Shown: positions 25,076 to 34,342 of the stretch, piece by piece
How positions within the stretch are numbered: the stretch's first letter is position 1
Layout of the letters: every line of letters begins with the position of its first letter
NCBI GenBank assembly: GCA_003577105.1
Contig: QEUQ01000011.1
Location: 9,918-73,917 of the forward strand
Direction of reading: 5' to 3'
Origin: Acidobacteriota bacterium
Lineage (GTDB): Bacteria > Actinomycetota > Acidimicrobiia > ATN3
DNA length: 64,000 nucleotides
Program-made: the position numbers and the translations under genes
Notes under the pieces: generated by a model
Database searches by the model: none
The model's input: only the letters and a program-made list of their open reading frames with translations
What the model was told of the DNA's origin: nothing

Positions 25076-26566
25076 GTGGATGCCAAGACGATATGCTCGC
25101 GCATTGTGCTCGAGACGACCTCATACCCTGAGATCGAAGACGGTGCCCTCCTAGAGACCGACGTGCTAGTGATCGGCTCGGGCGCCGGTGGGGCAGTCGC
25201 GGCGAAGATCCTTGCAGAGGCCGGCCGGTCGGTCACGGTCGTTGAAGAGGGGGCACTGAGCAGCCCCAAAGATCTCGGCGACGATCCCGAAGCGAGAATT
25301 CAGAAGCTGTGGCGAAGCGGCGTTGAGACGCTTGCCGACGGTTCCGTTCCGATACACATTCCGACTGGGCGCGCAGTAGGCGGCACCACATTCATCGGAT
25401 GCGGTTCGCTCATGCGGACGCCATCGCGAGTCCTCGATCGTTGGGTTGATTGGGGGCTCGATCATCTCTCCGCCGATCAGATGGCGGCGGAATTCATTGA
25501 GATCGAAGAGGTTCTGTCTGTTCACCCCATGGGGGATGCGCTGATCGGGAGAAACGGCGAGCTGCTGCGAGATGGCGCCAAGGCCCTCGGTTTCACCAGC
25601 GCCCCAGTGCCACGTTCGGTAGTCGATTGCGAGGGGAGCGGCATATGCGTGCTTGGTTGTCCGACCGAAGCCAAGCAGTCTGTGGATCTGACCTACCTTC
25701 CTCGGGCGCGGCTCAACGGAGCCAAGGTCATCGAGAGGGTGCGAATTGACAGCTTGCTCATGGATTCGGGGCGGGCTGGAGGGGTTCGTGGGACCTTGCT
25801 CGACGCCAACGGCCGCGAAAGGGGAGCAGTCAAATTCACGGCCAACGACATTGTCCTGGCTGCTGGATACCTGCACACTCCCAAGCTCATGGCGACGGCA
25901 GATCTCGGTAACCCGGAGCACGTCGGCCGCCACTTGCAGATTCACCCGTGCGCAGGTGTGGTAGGGGTATTCGAAGATGACGTCAGCTCTGCACCGGCAG
26001 CAGTTCAGACGTGGTATGTCGATCACTTTGCCGAATCACACGGAGTCCTGATCGAGGCGACGTCACTAATTCCCGAGATGAGCCCCGGCTTGGACACTTC
26101 GCGCATGGCCTACGTCGCGGTCTTTGCCGCCGATACAGGCGAAGGCGACTTGATCGCCGATGGCGAGAGTGGTTTGCGCCCACGCTATGAGATCCACCCC
26201 GACGACGTGACTGCGCTCGGGTTCGGAGTCTTCCAATCTGCGCGAATCCTCCTGGCCGCTGGGGCACGCGCTGTTCTCACTGGGCACAAGGAAATGCCAA
26301 AGGTGACCAGTTTTGCTGAGGCAGAGGCCCTTTCTCAGCTGCGCTGGGAGCCCGCGTACTTCAAGCCCGTTTCATTTCATCCCGTTGGCACCGCTCGCAT
26401 GGGAGCGGACCCAGAGGTTTCGGTCGTGGATACCGGTGGGCGGGTTTGGGGTATACCAAATCTCAGAGTCGCCGACGCGAGTATCTTGCCGTGCTGCCCT
26501 GAGGTCAACCCCCAGGAAACGATCATGGCAGTAGCCGCGAAAGTAGCCCGGAGCGCCGCTCAATAG
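25076..26566 (+). CDS. GMC-family FAD-dependent oxidoreductase
   Basis: Rossmann motif VLVIGSGAGGAVAAKILAEAGRSVTVVEEG and a C-terminal GMC_oxred_C-like HPVGTARMG...NLRVADASILP. Confidence 0.8.
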   Translation: MDAKTICSRIVLETTSYPEIEDGALLETDVLVIGSGAGGAVAAKILAEAGRSVTVVEEGALSSPKDLGDDPEARIQKLWRSGVETLADGSVPIHIPTGRAVGGTTFIGCGSLMRTPSRVLDRWVDWGLDHLSADQMAAEFIEIEEVLSVHPMGDALIGRNGELLRDGAKALGFTSAPVPRSVVDCEGSGICVLGCPTEAKQSVDLTYLPRARLNGAKVIERVRIDSLLMDSGRAGGVRGTLLDANGRERGAVKFTANDIVLAAGYLHTPKLMATADLGNPEHVGRHLQIHPCAGVVGVFEDDVSSAPAAVQTWYVDHFAESHGVLIEATSLIPEMSPGLDTSRMAYVAVFAADTGEGDLIADGESGLRPRYEIHPDDVTALGFGVFQSARILLAAGARAVLTGHKEMPKVTSFAEAEALSQLRWEPAYFKPVSFHPVGTARMGADPEVSVVDTGGRVWGIPNLRVADASILPCCPEVNPQETIMAVAAKVARSAAQ

Positions 26567-26654
26567 AAGCGCGCGAAGTAGGCGCTAGGAGTGCGCTGCG
26601 AAAGCGCCCGCGTATCACTAAGGCGCCAATTGCGCCTGATGCAAGCTCGGCCAG

Positions 26655-27005
26655 CTAGGCCTCTGAGCCAGGTTCTTCGCTGCCTACCGAAGTAGAAGTC
26701 TGCTCGCCGCCCGCTGCGGTCATCACATCGCGGCCAAGCTCACGCTGTGGGTGAGCAAGCTCCTCGATGCGGACCGGCCCCTCGGTGCGAACCTCTGCTT
26801 TGGAGACGAATCGATGCGGGCGCCGGTCATCCCAGATCCACGCATCCTGAACCGTGACTACTGTCGGATTACTGGAGCAGACCTCTACCTCGTTTGCGAG
26901 ATAGATTTCGCGGTCAACTTCAATGAAGTACCGGAACAGCTCAAAGATGTCCCGGAACTCCGACTGGAGCGTATCGGTCTGATCGCCTCGTTCCACGAGC
27001 ACCAC
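26655..27005 (-). CDS. Hypothetical protein (116 aa)
   Basis: The minus-strand frame has about 70 percent GC at third positions, unlike the overlapping plus-strand ORF. No recognisable motif. Confidence 0.4.
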   Translation of the reverse strand: MVLVERGDQTDTLQSEFRDIFELFRYFIEVDREIYLANEVEVCSSNPTVVTVQDAWIWDDRRPHRFVSKAEVRTEGPVRIEELAHPQRELGRDVMTAAGGEQTSTSVGSEEPGSEA

Positions 27006-27134
27006 CCTAGGTCCACGGCGAGATGCACAATAATTGCGCAGTTTCAGGCGGATTTGTTGGATTACGCGCCACTCCGTGTTTAATCGGCGCCATCAGAGAT
27101 TCGCAGGCCGTATTGGAAAGAGGGGCCGCACGCA

Positions 27135-27626
27135 ATGACAACGACTTCGACTGCACCGGACTTCGAGCTGACGAGCACGGAGGGCAAGACGGTCAAGCTC
27201 TATCCGATCACGGCAATGTGGCCCGTGCTGCTCGTGTTCTTCCGTTCCAGAGGAGAAGCGTGCGAGCGGATCATGCCGATGATTGCTGACTTCGAGCGCA
27301 CATATCGTGGGGCTGACCTGGAGATTCTGGCCATTTCGCAGGACTCTCGTGCAGAAGCTCGGGACCGATTGGCCGAGCTGGGGTGGGGTGGCCGGATCCT
27401 CATCGAGGCTCCTCCGTACTCGGTCTCGAAGTCATTTGGCGTGACTGAGCTGCCTGCGCTGGTTCTCATCGGACCCGACAATCAGGTACTTGCCGCAGCC
27501 CAGGGGGCTGATGAGTTTGGCATGAACTCGGTCGGGAGAGCAGTCGCGGAATTGACCAATTGGACCTACCGCCCGGTCGTCGGCGAGCAGCTTGAGGACC
27601 TCGAGGCAGTTCCCAGCAGAAGCTGA
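27135..27626 (+). CDS. Thioredoxin-fold redoxin (AhpC/TSA-TlpA-like, atypical single-Cys site)
   Basis: APDFELTSTEGKTVKL..VLLVFFRSRGEACERI has redoxin layout but lacks the canonical PxxxTxxC or CxxC motifs. Confidence 0.55.
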   Translation: MTTTSTAPDFELTSTEGKTVKLYPITAMWPVLLVFFRSRGEACERIMPMIADFERTYRGADLEILAISQDSRAEARDRLAELGWGGRILIEAPPYSVSKSFGVTELPALVLIGPDNQVLAAAQGADEFGMNSVGRAVAELTNWTYRPVVGEQLEDLEAVPSRS

Positions 27627-27719
27627 ATTTATTGGTTGGTGGAACCACCTGAGGGCGGGGTTAGAATCGCCCACATCATCTGATTAGCCATTGGGCCGAC
27701 CTGCCAAGTTGGAGGCACT

Positions 27720-29264
27720 GTGTCCGCTTTCTCAGTCCCGGCTGCGAAGTCGGTTGAACTCAACCCATCGCCAGAAGAACTGCGCAAGTACGCATCCGAA
27801 ATGCCAAATGCCAGGGAGACTGAGTTCGGAAACCTAAATGTCCAGACCAGGGTAGTCGCGCGATCCAAGGCGAGCACCTACGTGGCGACGGACAGTCCCG
27901 AAAACCACTCGGACCAGACGATCACGCGCGAAGAATACGACCGAATAGCAGCACTTCAAAATGAGTACATTGCCGGTCAGGACATGATCGAGATCCGGGG
28001 CTACATAGGCAACGATCCAGAGTTCCGGGTGCCCGCGAGGCTCTTCATCGAGAGGGCAAATGCCAACATCGCCGGCATGCAGAACCAGCTCTACTATCCG
28101 CTTGACGGCCCTGCCGAAGATGTCGAGCCGGAGCTAACCGTCGTGTATACGCCAAATCTGGAGATGCCCGGTTATCCGAATGACCGGATCATCGCGGTTG
28201 ACCTCGAAGGCGGTGTCACCAGGGTGCTCAACTCGGACTACTTCGGTGAGTCAAAGAAGGGCGGGCTTCGCATGTGGAACAACCTCGTCTACGAGCGAGG
28301 CGGTTTGGCGATGCATGCCGGGTGCAAGGTAATACCGACTGCCGATGGCGACAAGGTCATGCTCATCGTGGGGCTCTCTGGCACCGGCAAGACCACGACC
28401 ACATTCACCAAGCAAAATGATTCGAATCCTTGCCAAGATGACTTCGTTGCTCTGATGCCGGGGGGAAAGGTCTACGCGACCGAAAACGGCTGTTTTGCCA
28501 AGACATTCGGGCTTGATCCAGAGCACGAGCCGACGATCTACGGCGCTGTCACGAAGCCCCACGCATATCTGGAAAACGTCAGCCAGGACGACGCAGGGCA
28601 CGTCGATTTCCACGACGAGAGTTACACGCAGAACGGGCGCGCAACCTTTGAGTTCGCCGACATCGACGCCGCCGATGCCCGCAATCTAGGTAGCGTCGAC
28701 TACTTGCTGATCCTCAATCGCAACGAGAACATCATTCCTGGCGTCGCGAGACTCAGTGCCGACGAAGCGGCGCTCTATTTCATGCTTGGTGAGACTCAAG
28801 GGACATCTGCAGGCGGAGCTGAGGAAGCTGGGAAGTTTCTCCGAGTTCCAGGTACAAATCCGTTCTTCCCGCTGCTCCACGCGCTGCAGGGAAACCGAAT
28901 TCACGAGCTACTCAAGGGGTCCGGAGTAGAAACGTTCCTTCTCAATACGGGACGTGTGGGTGGTCCAGACGCCGATGACAGGTCACAGAAGGTCCGGATC
29001 CCGCATTCCTCCGCAATTGTGCAAGGCATTGCCGAGGGAACGATCGAGTGGGAAGCCGATCCGGATTTCGGCTACGAGGTTGCCACCAGCGTTCCCGGAA
29101 TTGATTCAGCGGATTCAGCGGTGCTCAGACCTCGGGGGCTCTACACGGAGCAAGGCCGGGGCGAGGAATACGCGTCGCTAGTACAGCGCCTCAAGGATGA
29201 GCGGCGCGAGTACCTCTCCAAGTTCCCCGGCCTCGATCAAGAGATCGTCGAAGCGGTCGGGTAG
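27720..29264 (+). CDS. pckA: Phosphoenolpyruvate carboxykinase (ATP)
   Basis: 514 aa, GTG start. Kinase-1a motif VGLSGTGKTTTT with flanking ATP-PEPCK patterns (NSDYFGESKKG, GCFAKT, NTGRVGG). Confidence 0.85.
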   Translation: MSAFSVPAAKSVELNPSPEELRKYASEMPNARETEFGNLNVQTRVVARSKASTYVATDSPENHSDQTITREEYDRIAALQNEYIAGQDMIEIRGYIGNDPEFRVPARLFIERANANIAGMQNQLYYPLDGPAEDVEPELTVVYTPNLEMPGYPNDRIIAVDLEGGVTRVLNSDYFGESKKGGLRMWNNLVYERGGLAMHAGCKVIPTADGDKVMLIVGLSGTGKTTTTFTKQNDSNPCQDDFVALMPGGKVYATENGCFAKTFGLDPEHEPTIYGAVTKPHAYLENVSQDDAGHVDFHDESYTQNGRATFEFADIDAADARNLGSVDYLLILNRNENIIPGVARLSADEAALYFMLGETQGTSAGGAEEAGKFLRVPGTNPFFPLLHALQGNRIHELLKGSGVETFLLNTGRVGGPDADDRSQKVRIPHSSAIVQGIAEGTIEWEADPDFGYEVATSVPGIDSADSAVLRPRGLYTEQGRGEEYASLVQRLKDERREYLSKFPGLDQEIVEAVG

Positions 29265-29266
29265 AT

Positions 29267-29449
29267 CTACCCGATAGATCTCCCCGCCATCATGAAGATG
29301 GCAATCGCCAGGGCGATGGCCGTGCCCCACAGGGCCACCCGTGCGGCGAGCGCGCGGTGCTTGCGGTGCTTGTAAGCCGTGCTCCAGGACTCGGGAATCT
29401 CTGCGAGCCCGGCGTGGTGATGAACGCTGTGTGGATGTGTCGCCGCCAT
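29267..29449 (-). CDS. Small His-rich membrane protein (hypothetical, 60 aa)
   Basis: C-terminal TM VALWGTAIALAIAIFMMAG. Coding status is uncertain. Confidence 0.3.
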   Translation of the reverse strand: MAATHPHSVHHHAGLAEIPESWSTAYKHRKHRALAARVALWGTAIALAIAIFMMAGRSIG

Positions 29450-29602
29450 GGCGCTAGCTCCTTGTTGGGACGTGTCACCCCTTCGGCGCCTTGACCTCTC
29501 CGCAGCGCCGGCGGGGTGAAGTTTCTTTTCCTATGTATTCGGCATTTCTGTGAGATTGGTTCACTCTTTGTGGTGAATAACTACGCTGGGTGGTGGGCCT
29601 TG

Positions 29603-29665
29603 TTTGGTCAGGTTGGCGGGGGGTTTGGCCGGAGGTGCGGGGGACTTGGCCAGGGTTGCGAAGAA
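29603..29665. repeat. Three imperfect 21-bp tandem repeats in an intergenic region
   Basis: TTTGGTCAGGTTGGCGGGGGG, TTTGGCCGGAGGTGCGGGGGA and CTTGGCCAGGGTTGCGAAGAA, upstream of the LLM oxidoreductase gene. Confidence 0.6.
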
Positions 29666-29806
29666 CATGGCCCGAGGAGCGGGGACAAGGTCGAAGCGTG
29701 GCGCGCCAGACCCAAGCTCCGGATACCACGCCGACGCGCGGCAAGTTGCCCATCTGCGTGGCGCGGTAGTCTGAGGCCCGTGTGACCGACTGACTGAGGA
29801 GACCGA

Positions 29807-30832
29807 ATGAAACTCGACACGGTTCTTGCCGCCGCCGACATCGAATCTGCGGGAGACGCCGCGAAGTTCGCCGAGGAGATGGGCTTCTCAGGTCTGTGGG
29901 CGGCTGAAACCGGTACGACTCCGTTCATGCCCCTCGCCGTCGCGGCGCTGGCAACAGAGCGAATTGAGTTGGGTACTGCAATCGCCGTTGCGTTCCCTCG
30001 CAGCCCCATGGTCACCGCAATGGATTCCTGGGCACTTCAGAAGGCTTCGAAAGGGCGCTTCATATTGGGGCTTGGCACCCAAGTCAAAGGGCACAACGAG
30101 CGTCGATTCTCGGTACCTTTTGAGCATCCCGGCCCGAAGCTGCGAGAGATGATCCTTGCGATGCGTGCGATCTGGAAGGCCTTCCAGGGTGAAGAGCGCC
30201 TCAATTTCAGAGGCGACTTCTACCGCTTTGATCTGATGACGCCTTTCTTCAATCCGGGTCCCAGCTCCCATCCCGAGATCCCCATCTACATAGCCGGAGT
30301 CAACGAATACATGTGCGAGCTCGCCGGCGAGCTATGCGAGGGATTTCACGTCCATCCTTTTCACTCGGTGGCGTTCCTCGAGAACCACGTCTTGCCAGGC
30401 ATCGAAAAGGGTCTGAAAGTCGCGGGGCGCGAGCGCTCCGATATCGATCTGGTAGCGCCGGTATTTGTTTGCATGGGCGCCAACGAACAGGAGATTGAGG
30501 CAGCAAAGGGTCCGATCCGCATGCAAATTGCCTTCTACGGCTCGACCCGCACATACCAGCCCGTATTTGCTGAGCACGGATGGGAAGAGACGACAGCGAA
30601 GCTCCAGTCGCTCATGGCCGAGGGCAGGATGGCTGAGATGGGGTCAGCGATAACTGACGAGATGCTCGACGTATACGCGATTTCATGCACCTACGATGAA
30701 GTCGCCGAAAAGGTCAAGGCGAAGTACGATGGCCTGATCGACAGGGCCTTCTTCTACTTGCCGGTACCGCCAGGCTTGCCAGCAGAACAGGAAGCCCGCT
30801 GGCGGCGAATCATTGAAGCCTTCAGCGGCTGA
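29807..30832 (+). CDS. LLM-class (luciferase-like) F420-dependent oxidoreductase
   Basis: 341 aa with a TIM-barrel LLM pattern (AEEMGFSGLWAAET, LGLGTQVKGHNERRFS). Confidence 0.75.
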   Translation: MKLDTVLAAADIESAGDAAKFAEEMGFSGLWAAETGTTPFMPLAVAALATERIELGTAIAVAFPRSPMVTAMDSWALQKASKGRFILGLGTQVKGHNERRFSVPFEHPGPKLREMILAMRAIWKAFQGEERLNFRGDFYRFDLMTPFFNPGPSSHPEIPIYIAGVNEYMCELAGELCEGFHVHPFHSVAFLENHVLPGIEKGLKVAGRERSDIDLVAPVFVCMGANEQEIEAAKGPIRMQIAFYGSTRTYQPVFAEHGWEETTAKLQSLMAEGRMAEMGSAITDEMLDVYAISCTYDEVAEKVKAKYDGLIDRAFFYLPVPPGLPAEQEARWRRIIEAFSG

Positions 30833-33767
30833 GGGCCGGCTCGAGGGGCTCGGAAATGACCCGCGTCATTTCAGGATCAAGACCCTCGGCAAGCTCTGCG
30901 ACTCCGGTCCACGCGGTTGTGACGATCACCTGAGTCACGGTCGACATTTCCACGAGCAAGTCGAGAATCTCACGGCTCTGCGCCCGGCCGCTGGTCGAAA
31001 AGGCGTCTTCAATCAGAAACGGTATGTGTTCATCTGACGGTCCCCATCCGGTCATCAGGGCGAAGCGGGACATCAAGTATTCGTCGAGATGCGATCCGGA
31101 CATTCCTGCCCTCTGAGGTGGAGCAAGCTCTAATGCCGCAGAACCATCGAGCGTGACGAGGTCCTGCCTTGCCTCGCTGTTTGCAATGACGACTTCGCTC
31201 TCAGACGAAGCTCTGACGGGTAGAGATTTCCACGGGCGCCCCTTGGATCCGCTGTCTCCGCTCGCCGCGTCGGAGTCAACTAGCTTGCCTGCCAGCGACT
31301 CGATCCTTGTGCGCAGGTGCTCGAGGTGCCCAAGGTCGCCTCTGACCTTGGTCATCTCCTCATTGAGGAGTGAAATGTCAGGAAGGCTGCCGGAACACGC
31401 CTCGAGTCGGATCCGAGCCGCTTCCTCCTCGGCCTCGAGACGTCCAAGATGGGCTTCGGCCTCCTCAGCGGCCTTGACGAGCAGCTGCTCCGAACCCGTG
31501 ATTTGGATTTCTCTCCAATCAGGATGTGCCTCTTCAAGGTCGGAAAGGCGTGATTCGGCTGCAACGAGCCGGGCCTCCCAGTCAGTACGAGTGAGGCCCG
31601 CGAGGTTCTTCTCATACTCGTCGGCGAGCTGGCGCCGAGCCGAGTCGAGCTTCTGTTCGAGGAGGGCCTCATCGCGCAGGCGAGTGAAGTTCCCAAGCCG
31701 TTCCGAGTAAGAGCCGGACGCACATTCAGGAATCTGGGCGAGGACCGTGCAAACGCGCGCCTTTTCTTCACGTACTGCGGCCCGAGCGGCTATTAGGGCC
31801 GCATAGGTCTCGCGGTAGGGAGCAAGCGACTCGTTTAGGCGTTCCATTTCAAGCTCGGCCTCGCTCTGCTCCCGCCGCCTTGCACATGCGAGCTTGTACA
31901 GAGACCAAGCTCTTGCCGGGTCAGACTCGCGAATCCCGTACGGGCGCAGGCGGGCTAGAAGTTCGTTTGCAGCAGTGTCCCTCGATGCCCGAAGTGACGC
32001 AGCGGTCGATGCCGCGAGGTAGGCCTCCTCCCGGATCTCCTCGGCAGCCGCAACCTCGCTCTGATGCTGTTCAAGTTCTCCGAGGAGCTCTGCTGCCTTG
32101 GAGGCTGCTGCGCCCGATGCGTGCCTCGAGAGTTCGTCGTCAGCCTCTCTCAGGCGCGCCGTGGCGCCGGCGAGCTCTGAGGTTGCGTTGGAAAGCTCAA
32201 TTGCAAGGCCGATCAGTGACGCCGCCTTCTCAAAGCCCGCGGTAAATGACTGGTAATCGGCGCATCCGGCTTGGAGGAGTGAAGCGGCCTCCTGCTTACT
32301 TGCTGCCTCGAGCGAGCGACGTCGAATTCGCCGCTCCCGAAATCTCAGGAACGACGTGCGGCTGAGCTTTTCGCCCGCCTCTACACACTTGGCGTGCGCA
32401 TCTTCGATACTGGCGAGAAGCGAGATGGGAAGGCGCGCCAGGTAGGTCTCTTCTAGTAGAACCGCGACCGTCAGCTTTGCGTCTTTGATCTTCTCGAGCA
32501 CTATGTCTCGGCGGCGATCGGCGGCGTCACGCTCGCGCTGTGCAGCGGTTCGAGCTGTGAGGCGCGAGCGAAGACGGTCCGCGGTGGTGACCTTGGCAAG
32601 GCGGGCGACGCCGGGAGACGGCTTGGCTACTTCGGCTGCATCCGCTCGGGCCATGGCTGCGGCGAACTCAGCTGCTTCCGACTCACCGCACAGCCTCCGC
32701 CAGTCCTCGTATGCACGTCGAATGATCGGATCGGGATCCTCGGCCGCCGGGAGGAGCATCTGTTCCTTCATTGCCACTTCAAGCTCGGCGATCTTGGCCT
32801 CAATCTCGATGATCTCCTTCGGCGGCTCAGGGACTCTTGAGCTCTCCGCTGACGCGTTCCGTTCGCGAGCGGCGACCCTGCCGACTGCCCGATCGATTTC
32901 AGGTGCGAGACGCAGAGCCGTGTGCGCGGAGGTGGCAAGTGGCTCGGGCGTTAGTCGTCTGATTTCTTCTTCGAGTGAGCGGATCTTCGCAACCGTGGAT
33001 ACCAGGGTCGATTGCTGTGCGACGAGCGCGAAGTACCGGGCCTGATCTGCCTTGGCCCGCGCCTCGCGAGTCGCCGACTCGCAACGTCTTAGGGCTGCCC
33101 GGGCGGACGCGGTCTCTGCATGCAGCTCGCGCGCCTCGGAAATCCTGCGGCCAAGATCAACTTCTCTTGCCCGCGCCCAAATCAGAGGGCTGCCTGGAAA
33201 CTGTGCTCCCGCGATGTGCTCACCCGAGATCGCAGCCCGAGCGCGTTCAGCAATCAGATAGGCCGACGCGCTAGCTCCGACGGCAACTGCGTTTTTCCTA
33301 AGGACCTGGTCAAAGCCTCTGCCCATCGAGGCAACTGTCCAGAGATCGGACTGCATGACTCTCGACAGCGCTTCGAAGCGCTCTCTGCCCATCTCAAGGA
33401 GGAGGTCGGATCGGCCTTCTCGGTCCAGACCAAAGATTGGCTCGCCCGAGTCTGCGTCGAAGAGCTTGAAGTGGCCTGGGCGGCTCGTCATCTCGCGGCT
33501 GATCTTGAAGCGGCGGCCGTCGCAACGCTGTACTTCAATCTCGATCCGGAGTTCGTCGGCGGGCTGAATTGGATTGCGCTTGAAAGATGCATGCCGGCGA
33601 TGGGGACCCGAGAGGGCGGTGATCGCTGCGTTGAAAACGCTCGGGATACGGTCACGGTCGGGAACGACGACTATGTTGAGGCGAGGGCCGAAGTCGTAAC
33701 GGGCGGTTATGTCGCCTGGCCAGTGCCGCTCAAGTCGTTCGATCTTCATCGGGCAAGGTCCTCCCAA
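30822..33767 (-). CDS. SMC/YhaN-like coiled-coil ATPase homolog with degenerate Walker A
   Basis: N-terminal MKIERL...FGPRLNIVVVPDRDRIPSVFNAAITAL aligns to the YhaN/SbcC head, but GxxGxGKS is replaced by PDRDRIPS. About 700 aa of Ala/Glu/Arg-rich coiled coil follow. The C-terminus has the signature-like MSGSHLDEYLMSRFAL and Walker B PFLIEDAF. The likely start is ATG33749. Confidence 0.6.
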   Translation of the reverse strand: MGGPCPMKIERLERHWPGDITARYDFGPRLNIVVVPDRDRIPSVFNAAITALSGPHRRHASFKRNPIQPADELRIEIEVQRCDGRRFKISREMTSRPGHFKLFDADSGEPIFGLDREGRSDLLLEMGRERFEALSRVMQSDLWTVASMGRGFDQVLRKNAVAVGASASAYLIAERARAAISGEHIAGAQFPGSPLIWARAREVDLGRRISEARELHAETASARAALRRCESATREARAKADQARYFALVAQQSTLVSTVAKIRSLEEEIRRLTPEPLATSAHTALRLAPEIDRAVGRVAARERNASAESSRVPEPPKEIIEIEAKIAELEVAMKEQMLLPAAEDPDPIIRRAYEDWRRLCGESEAAEFAAAMARADAAEVAKPSPGVARLAKVTTADRLRSRLTARTAAQRERDAADRRRDIVLEKIKDAKLTVAVLLEETYLARLPISLLASIEDAHAKCVEAGEKLSRTSFLRFRERRIRRRSLEAASKQEAASLLQAGCADYQSFTAGFEKAASLIGLAIELSNATSELAGATARLREADDELSRHASGAAASKAAELLGELEQHQSEVAAAEEIREEAYLAASTAASLRASRDTAANELLARLRPYGIRESDPARAWSLYKLACARRREQSEAELEMERLNESLAPYRETYAALIAARAAVREEKARVCTVLAQIPECASGSYSERLGNFTRLRDEALLEQKLDSARRQLADEYEKNLAGLTRTDWEARLVAAESRLSDLEEAHPDWREIQITGSEQLLVKAAEEAEAHLGRLEAEEEAARIRLEACSGSLPDISLLNEEMTKVRGDLGHLEHLRTRIESLAGKLVDSDAASGDSGSKGRPWKSLPVRASSESEVVIANSEARQDLVTLDGSAALELAPPQRAGMSGSHLDEYLMSRFALMTGWGPSDEHIPFLIEDAFSTSGRAQSREILDLLVEMSTVTQVIVTTAWTGVAELAEGLDPEMTRVISEPLEPALSR

Positions 33768-33920
33768 CCTTGCATGAAGTGGTGCGCCGGTGCCTCACCT
33801 CATGCGATCCGTCGTGCGCGCAACAGCCGTATTGCGTGTTGCGCTATCGGATCCGCCCGAATATCTGCCCCAATGCGTTGGGGAATCTTCGCAGCTTAAT
33901 GAGGAATAGTGGGGGATTTG

Positions 33921-34307
33921 TCAGCTCAAGACGATGTGGCGAATCGTCGCCGCCAAACCTTCGAGGTCTGCATCCTTCTCCACGACGCTGACGAAGCCTG
34001 CTTGCTCTGCTGTTTCGCGAAGTTCGGCAGAGGTCGTGCCGGTCCAGAGGACGAGTGCAGGTGGGGGATCGAGGCGTGAAAGCTCGCGCCCGACTTCGAT
34101 GCCATCCCTTGCGTCGAAGTGATGATCGACCATGACCAGATCAGGCCTTAGCCTTCCGACTACTTCGTCGAGTCCCTCCGCGTGCTGCTCGGTCCCAACA
34201 ATTTCAATATCGGGTGCGGCTAGCGGAAGAGCGGTCTCGACGAGTCTTAGAATCGTCGGATCGTCATCGGCTACCAGAACACGAATCGTTCTGGTCTCCT
34301 CCTGCAC
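33921..34307 (-). CDS. Stand-alone CheY-like receiver domain protein
   Basis: 128 aa, GTG start with GGGAGGA SD. Has the DD pair (VADDD), phospho-acceptor MVDHH, T (LWTGT) and K (VVEKD). Confidence 0.75.
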   Translation of the reverse strand: MQEETRTIRVLVADDDPTILRLVETALPLAAPDIEIVGTEQHAEGLDEVVGRLRPDLVMVDHHFDARDGIEVGRELSRLDPPPALVLWTGTTSAELRETAEQAGFVSVVEKDADLEGLAATIRHIVLS

Positions 34308-34342
34308 TATGTCCTCCCTCGGAATCTCCTAACTAGTCAATA

